Positions 59,274 to 64,000 of a stretch of 64,000 bases of DNA are shown piece after piece. Location: the NCBI GenBank assembly GCA_964555515.1, contig CAZKSJ010000002.1:537-64536 (forward strand), given 5' to 3'. The stretch is from an uncultured Pseudomonadales bacterium. GTDB lineage: Bacteria; Patescibacteriota; Microgenomatia; UBA1400; PJMF01. Within the stretch, counting starts at the first letter, position 1. Every line of letters begins with the position of its first letter. The translations under genes and the position numbers were made by a program. The notes under the pieces were generated by a model. The model searched no databases. It saw nothing but the letters and a program-made list of their open reading frames with translations, and was not told the DNA's origin.

Positions 59274-59600
59274 ACAAAAACACCCTCCAGTAGCTAATTA
59301 CTAAATTTGCTTCCGGAGGGTCTCTTAAACTCTAAAAGACGGTACCACCTCTTGATTAACTTGACCAGCAATGACGGGCTTACCCGGATTGGTTGCGACC
59401 CCAACCACCTCAAACTTAAAAAATTAAGTTTTCCCACAGCGTTACCCATGGTCACAAGGGTTTTTTAAATTGTATCCGTCATTCTACAGCCAACAAGGTT
59501 GTTTGGCAAACAACCCTCATGTCAGATCTGTTTCATCTGACGAACTATATTGCCGACTTCTCATCATGGTTTCTGTACAACTCGCAGTATTGAATTACCG
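59274..59600 (-). promoter_or_regulatory. T-box riboswitch leader upstream of aspS.
   Basis: On the minus strand, AUCAAGAGGUGGUACCGUC (59338..59356) matches the T-box core GGUGGNACCG. A terminator ACCCUCC...GGAGGGU (59282..59321) with U-tract UGUUUUUG follows. The 5' terminator strand can instead pair with the T-box to form an antiterminator. A possible Asp specifier is GAC within AAUGACGGA (plus-strand 59478..59480). The 5' boundary is approximate. Confidence 0.6.
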
Positions 59601-59609
59601 ACTTACTGC

Positions 59610-59637
59610 TTGCTTCTACCCACTGAAGCGGTATAAT
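59610..59637 (+). promoter_or_regulatory. Sigma70-like promoter (TTGCTT, 16-nt spacer, TATAAT).
   Basis: Near-consensus hexamers with 16-nt spacing, read directly from the sequence. Predicted TSS is about 59644. Confidence 0.4.
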
Positions 59638-59643
59638 TCTGCT

Positions 59644-59773
59644 TTGGTATGTCATCACTACACATCTCTGCCACTGTTCAAATTAACCTTTTTAAGGTGT
59701 TTGGGGTTGTGGATTAAGTAATGTAATAAATAGCAAACAACAACCCCGCACCCAACAAACATGCGGGGTTTTT
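59644..59773 (+). ncRNA. Candidate small RNA or cis-acting leader of about 130 nt.
   Basis: Bounded by the promoter at 59610..59637 and an intrinsic terminator at 59743..59773. The only overlapping ORF (83 aa) starts upstream of the promoter. GGGGUUGU (59702..) could alternatively pair with ACAACCCC (59740..), which overlaps the 5' terminator strand. Confidence 0.3.
59743..59773. terminator. Rho-independent terminator hairpin CCCCGCA-N11-TGCGGGG followed by T7.
   Basis: 7-bp GC-rich stem with TTTTTT on the plus strand. On the minus strand it is followed by UUGUUGUUUG, so it could also terminate recJ read-through. Confidence 0.6.
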
Positions 59774-59774
59774 T

Positions 59775-60311
59775 ATGACTAAAAGCTCCACTTGTGGAGC
59801 AAGTAGAAACAATTTTATTAATAGGTCTAATTTATTTATGTCAAAACGATCATCCGAAATCCCAGCTCAAATCGATCCTAAAGTGGTACAAGATTACATG
59901 GAAATTGTTAGTCAACTTAAGTCTGGTTTTCTCAGCCCTCCTTGCATGTTATCTTTACTCTATTTTCAAACAGTCCATCAATACGGCAATGGAACTGATG
60001 AACTCTCGAGTGAGCTGGAATCAATCGAGAGTGGGGACATCGCCCCGGGTCTTGATGATCACACTAGATACATTATTTCTCAAATTGGATATGCATATCT
60101 TATTGTTGGACAAGAATTGCACGATGCTTACATTTCTGAATTTTATCAATTATCAAATAATGGCACTCATCTCAATGGTGGCGGCGAATCACTGCGCCAA
60201 AAATATATTCAAGAAGGAAGAAGATTACTTGGGAATATCTTATCTGACGATGAAAGAAGGTTTTTATTCACCGCTTATCAAGCATTATGTATATCTTTGA
60301 GCACAACCTGA
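59775..60311 (+). CDS. Hypothetical acidic protein (178 aa; real start may be Met22 at 59838).
   Basis: Protein-like composition in this frame. The overlapping alternative frame (59794..60300) is low-complexity and L/I/K/N-rich. The 3' end overlaps the recJ 3' end by 34 nt (convergent). Confidence 0.35.
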   Translation: MTKSSTCGASRNNFINRSNLFMSKRSSEIPAQIDPKVVQDYMEIVSQLKSGFLSPPCMLSLLYFQTVHQYGNGTDELSSELESIESGDIAPGLDDHTRYIISQIGYAYLIVGQELHDAYISEFYQLSNNGTHLNGGGESLRQKYIQEGRRLLGNILSDDERRFLFTAYQALCISLSTT

Positions 60312-61930
60312 ACCTGCCTCCGACCCCGCCACTCGTTGAGTTCCAACTTGCCAGCGATGGCTATATCCATATTTGGAACTAGGTGTTCAGCCAAACCACC
60401 ATTGCCCCAATACAAAGCAGTAAAAGTGCGTGGATTAACTTCATTTCCATCAGACAAAAGTAATTTTAGATGCTTCTGATCTTGACCAATCGTTTGAAAA
60501 TTACTTAACTTCAGATTTGCTATACCAAAGATCGGCTCTGAATTACCCGCTCCAAAGGGAGCAAATTTTTGGATTAACTCACAAGTGTCCACATTGATTA
60601 GTGCAGGATCCAAGGCACACTCCAGGCTCAATTTTCGTTCCAGCAAGCTCCGGTCAATCTGTTCTTTAGCTAACGAAAATAACCGATTTTTGATATCTTC
60701 AATGCGATTTAAGTCCACGCCAAAGCCCGCTGCCATGGGATGTCCACCCACATCCAACAAATCCTCCCGCACTTGTCTTAATAACTCCACAATATTGACG
60801 CCCATCACCGAGCGGGCGGAGCCTTTTGCTTGACCACTACTGATGCTAACTGCAATCGCAGGTTTGGCAAATCTCTCTGTTAATCTACCCGCAATCAGAC
60901 CAACCACTCCTTCGTGAAACTGCTCTGATACCACAAAGATGATCGATTCAGATTTTTGTGCAGTAGCTTGTTCCATAGCCAATTGATACTGCTCTAAAGT
61001 CATGTCTTGTCTATCCAAATTGGTTGAAGCCAACAGTGCTGCGAGTTTTTGGGCTGTCTTTTTCTGATCTGTACACAATAATCGTAGCGCATCTATGCCG
61101 TGTGCCAATCTGCCCATCGCATTAATTCTGGGTGCCAAAGTATAGCCAACCGTACTACTATCGGCAGTTTTGAGATCAATTTGGGCAATCTCGGCGAGCG
61201 CTTGTAGACCCACATTGGATGATTTTCTCAAGGCAATGAGGCCATGATAGGCAAAACTACGATTTTCTTGGCGCAACGGCACTTGATCGGCAATGGTGGC
61301 CAATCCTGCTAACTCTAAAGTCTGGCGGGCTGAACCTGGGGCGATGGCGGCAGCAATCAACCAAGATACGCTGGCCCCACACAGCTGACTACTATGTACA
61401 AACGCATCGGCAGGTGGAAATATTGGCTCGCCAACATTGCTAAATTCTGGTTGATGATGATCGGTGACAATGACGTCTAGACCTTGCTGCTTGGCATATC
61501 CAACTGCTTGATGCGCAACAATGCCATTGTCAACCGTGATGATTAAACTGGGCTTAATGGTAGTCTGAAGCTCTGCAATTGCTGCGACAGATAGACCATA
61601 ACCATGTTTGTCTCGCAACGGAATAAAGGGTTGACACACCAACCCAGCCGATTTGAGCGCCCGCCACAGGATCGCGGTCGCACATATGCCATCCGCATCA
61701 TAATCACCAAAAATCACGACTTTTTCTTGGGTTTGAATAGCCAGCCTAATTCTAGCCAGTGCCTTCTCAAACTGCTCGTTATCAAACAAATCGTTGCTCC
61801 CCAACAAACTTTCTGGCTTGCGTGGGGTAAAAAACTGTTTGGTGTCTTTGATTTGACGATTGCCTAGCAAAATTTGTTTCAACTGCTTCGTTGTCTGGGG
61901 AATTTCTGTACTCGCGAGCTGCCAATGCAT
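60278..61930 (-). CDS. recJ: Single-stranded-DNA-specific exonuclease RecJ.
   Basis: DHH motifs VVIFGDYDADG and DVIVTDHHQP, plus DHHA1 GGHPMAAG. Collinear with E. coli RecJ to the C-terminal NEWRGRRQVQVV. Start set at Met26 to avoid a divergent overlap with cca. Confidence 0.8.
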   Translation of the reverse strand: MHWQLASTEIPQTTKQLKQILLGNRQIKDTKQFFTPRKPESLLGSNDLFDNEQFEKALARIRLAIQTQEKVVIFGDYDADGICATAILWRALKSAGLVCQPFIPLRDKHGYGLSVAAIAELQTTIKPSLIITVDNGIVAHQAVGYAKQQGLDVIVTDHHQPEFSNVGEPIFPPADAFVHSSQLCGASVSWLIAAAIAPGSARQTLELAGLATIADQVPLRQENRSFAYHGLIALRKSSNVGLQALAEIAQIDLKTADSSTVGYTLAPRINAMGRLAHGIDALRLLCTDQKKTAQKLAALLASTNLDRQDMTLEQYQLAMEQATAQKSESIIFVVSEQFHEGVVGLIAGRLTERFAKPAIAVSISSGQAKGSARSVMGVNIVELLRQVREDLLDVGGHPMAAGFGVDLNRIEDIKNRLFSLAKEQIDRSLLERKLSLECALDPALINVDTCELIQKFAPFGAGNSEPIFGIANLKLSNFQTIGQDQKHLKLLLSDGNEVNPRTFTALYWGNGGLAEHLVPNMDIAIAGKLELNEWRGRRQVQVVLKDIHNA

Positions 61931-61994
61931 ACTGGCCACTATAACAAGATAATTTGTACTGCACAACACACCGTTTGCACCTATAATATGGAGC

Positions 61995-63581
61995 ATGACC
62001 CTCAACTTACCGATCGAGCCTCTATATATTCTATATTCCCTCCGGCGAGCTGGTTTTGAGGCCTACCTGGTGGGAGGCGCAGTCAGAGATTTACTAAGCA
62101 ATCACGAAACTGAAGTTCCAACCAGAGTCACTGACTATGACATTACTACAAGTGCTAAACCAGATGAAGTTATGAGGGTCTTTCCAGAAGCTTATTATGA
62201 AAATAAGTTCGGAACTGTGAGTGTGACAGTTGAGGATGTGCAAACTCAATTGGCTTTTCCACCTGAACAATCATACTTTTACACAGCCGAATCAAGCCAA
62301 AACGAACAATTAAATTTGCATGACTCATCTAAAGTTCATGTTTCTTTACTAGCAGCCTTTGAAAATAATCACACCGCTAGCAAACAACCCCCACCTTTTG
62401 AGATTACAACTTTTCGGAGTGATGGCAATTATCTTGATCATCGCCGGCCAGAGTCGGTAAATTGGGGAAAAGATCTACGAAGTGACTTAGATCGGCGTGA
62501 CTTTACGATTAATGCGATGGCGATTGAAGTGTCCTTGTCCGCACTAGAGAAGGTATTTGAAACCGATGTGGAGTATTTGCCTCAAACAATTGAGTTGCAG
62601 ACCAACCAGTTTGAGTTGATTGATCCCCATCATGGTTTTCAAGATTTGACCGATGAGATTATCAGGACAGTCGGCGACCCAACGGCCAGATTCGAAGAAG
62701 ATGCGTTAAGAATTTTACGCGCCATCCGCTTGTCAGCACAGTTGAACATGAAAATTGAGACCACAACCTATCAAGCCCTCCGCGATAACGCCGACTTAGT
62801 TCGTCACGTGAGTCAGGAAAGAATTAGAGATGAGTTTCTAAAGATGCTGGTGACTGATTTTTCTAAACAAGCGATTGAGATGATGGATGAAAGTGGCTTA
62901 CTGCAATACGTGTTGCCCGAATTATTAGCCACCAAGGGAGTGCAGCAAGGTGGGCATCACACCACCGATGTCTGGACCCACTCACTTGATTCTTTAGCGG
63001 AGTGTCCTTCCCGTGACCCCATCGTCAAGTTGGCCACTTTGCTGCACGATATTTCCAAGCCCCAAACATATCAAGCACAAAAAGGCACCATTACTTTCTA
63101 CAACCATGAAATTATCGGAGCGAGAGTTGCCAAACAAATTGCCTACAGACTCAAACTCTCACGCTCAGACCAAGATAGAATCTTCACCCTAGTTCGTTAC
63201 CATATGTTTCATTATCAAGCTCATCAAACCGATGCAGCCATCCGCCGCTTTATGAGAAAAGTTGGCATCAGCAATCTCAATGATATTCTTGACTTACGCG
63301 AAGGCGATCGGTTGGGGAGTGGAGCGCGCAAAACTAGCTGGCGCTTGGAAGAAATGAAGGAGCGAATGATGGCGCAACTAAACCAGCCGCTAGCTGTTAC
63401 AGATCTTGCCATCAATGGTCATGATTTAATTAGCCAACTTGGTATGCAGCCTGGGCCAGAGATTGGTCACGTCTTAGACCAATTATTTGAAGAAGTGCTA
63501 GAAAATCCTGATCTCAACACCGCAGATAAGCTCATCAAGCGCGCGCAAGAGTTGCTGACAACAACCAACGATCACTCCTAG
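61995..63581 (+). CDS. cca: CCA-adding tRNA nucleotidyltransferase with a C-terminal HD domain.
   Basis: Head domain GFEAYLVGGAVRDLL and RRDFTINAMA. HD domain motifs HDISKP and GHHTTDVWTHS. About 55 extra residues are inserted in the head domain relative to B. subtilis CCA. Confidence 0.7.
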   Translation: MTLNLPIEPLYILYSLRRAGFEAYLVGGAVRDLLSNHETEVPTRVTDYDITTSAKPDEVMRVFPEAYYENKFGTVSVTVEDVQTQLAFPPEQSYFYTAESSQNEQLNLHDSSKVHVSLLAAFENNHTASKQPPPFEITTFRSDGNYLDHRRPESVNWGKDLRSDLDRRDFTINAMAIEVSLSALEKVFETDVEYLPQTIELQTNQFELIDPHHGFQDLTDEIIRTVGDPTARFEEDALRILRAIRLSAQLNMKIETTTYQALRDNADLVRHVSQERIRDEFLKMLVTDFSKQAIEMMDESGLLQYVLPELLATKGVQQGGHHTTDVWTHSLDSLAECPSRDPIVKLATLLHDISKPQTYQAQKGTITFYNHEIIGARVAKQIAYRLKLSRSDQDRIFTLVRYHMFHYQAHQTDAAIRRFMRKVGISNLNDILDLREGDRLGSGARKTSWRLEEMKERMMAQLNQPLAVTDLAINGHDLISQLGMQPGPEIGHVLDQLFEEVLENPDLNTADKLIKRAQELLTTTNDHS

Positions 63582-63668
63582 AATGATTGGCTCAACAGCA
63601 CAGATTTACTCAACGACCGGAAAATCTGACCACATCCGTTTACATTTGGAATCCACATCATCCACTTC

Positions 63669-64000
63669 TTACTTTCTTCGCCTGAGATCAATCAAGTGCC
63701 ATGCCCATAAAATTGGCACTGAAGTAAAAGGCGAAGAATAGGTACCAGCAACTGCTCCAATTAGTAAGGCAATAGCAAACCAGCGAATAGTCTCACCGCC
63801 CAATAAAGATAGCGCCAGCAACATCAAGATAATCGTCACCGAGTTATTGACTGACCGCGTCATCGTTTCGGTGATGGCAGTGTTATAAATATTGCGCACT
63901 GATGCTCGGGGATGCATTCGCTGCAACTCCCTCACTCGGTCATAAACTACGATCGTGTCATGAACTGAGAATGAGAGAGTTGTTAACAAAGCGGTCACAA
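63669..64000 (-). CDS. secF: Protein-export membrane protein SecF (or SecDF), C-terminal part only; continues beyond the window end.
   Basis: SVHDTIVVYDRVRE...SVNNSVTIILMLLALSLLGGETIRWFAIALLIGAVAGTYSS aligns with the SecF C-terminal TM region. The ORF is open through position 64000. Confidence 0.6.
   Translation of the reverse strand, partial: VTALLTTLSFSVHDTIVVYDRVRELQRMHPRASVRNIYNTAITETMTRSVNNSVTIILMLLALSLLGGETIRWFAIALLIGAVAGTYSSPFTSVPILWAWHLIDLRRRK
63695..63720. terminator. Hairpin AGTGCCA-N12-TGGCACT between the convergent genes cca and secF.
   Basis: 7-bp inverted repeat read from the sequence with a weak U-tract on the minus strand. Candidate bidirectional terminator. Confidence 0.25.

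Noticed and set aside
59441-59470. Possible plus-strand terminator ACCC..GGGTTTTTT
   Set aside because: The stem is only about 4 bp. The sequence is more plausibly part of the minus-strand T-box leader (an A-rich linker).
59470-59721. 83-aa plus-strand ORF
   Set aside because: It lies on top of the minus-strand T-box leader and spans the plus-strand promoter, and it has no coding-like features.
59794-60300. 168-aa ORF in an alternative frame
   Set aside because: Its composition is low-complexity and L/I/K/N-rich, as expected for an AT-rich off-frame. The overlapping 59775 frame looks more protein-like.
1-64000. Scan for CRISPR arrays, IS elements, transposases, integrases, prophage genes and rRNA
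   Set aside because: I saw no regularly spaced direct repeats, no DDE or tyrosine-recombinase signatures and no rRNA-like segments. This window appears to contain no mobile element or CRISPR locus.

Overview
This 64 kb window appears to come from a low-GC (about 40-45 %), gene-dense bacterial chromosome. Coding density is high, genes use many 4-nt ATGA overlaps, and several housekeeping proteins are reduced in size. I found no rRNA, CRISPR array, transposase or integrase. One tRNA-Gln(CUG) lies at 45289..45359 on the minus strand.

The window is dominated by two glycoconjugate-biosynthesis islands.
- Island I (about 1.0-29.7 kb) encodes a GalE-like epimerase, 2 GT4 and 7 GT2 enzymes, a Wzx-type flippase, an LCP (LytR-CpsA-Psr) ligase and RmlB/RmlC/RmlD. 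It also carries 8 polytopic GT-C-type glycosyltransferases falling in three paralogous families, plus one PIG-V-like membrane protein.
- Island II (about 43.5-57.8 kb) encodes 3 more GT-C enzymes, an unclassified polytopic protein and 2 polyprenol-phosphate sugar synthases (one fused to a GtrA-like domain). It also has Gmd, an Rmd-like reductase (GDP-D-rhamnose route), Ugd and a DacA-like DD-carboxypeptidase.

Between the islands lie housekeeping genes: trmD, gltX, ybeY, dnaX, ybaB, rdgB, an M29 aminopeptidase, class I FbaB, an alpha-glucan phosphorylase and a Kef-type antiporter. They are followed by an OmpR-type response regulator convergent with a minimal soluble histidine kinase. Downstream of island II are aspS (preceded by a T-box riboswitch), recJ, a CCA-adding enzyme and the 3' end of secF.

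The most interesting feature is the very high local density of lipid-linked-sugar-dependent (GT-C) glycosyltransferases, arranged as GtrA/B/C-like and CsbB/YfhO-like modules. Together with genes for both L- and D-rhamnose precursors, a flippase and a cell-wall ligase, this points to an elaborate, largely uncharacterised surface or protein glycosylation system.

Secondary observations:
- a T-box leader upstream of aspS;
- a promoter-plus-terminator small-RNA/leader candidate;
- a perfect 20-bp palindromic operator candidate;
- leaderless promoter architecture at several genes;
- a DnaX lacking its Zn module and an AspRS lacking the GAD domain.

The reduced proteins and gene overlaps suggest a streamlined, possibly CPR/Patescibacteria-like genome with a Gram-positive-type wall, but that is inference only.
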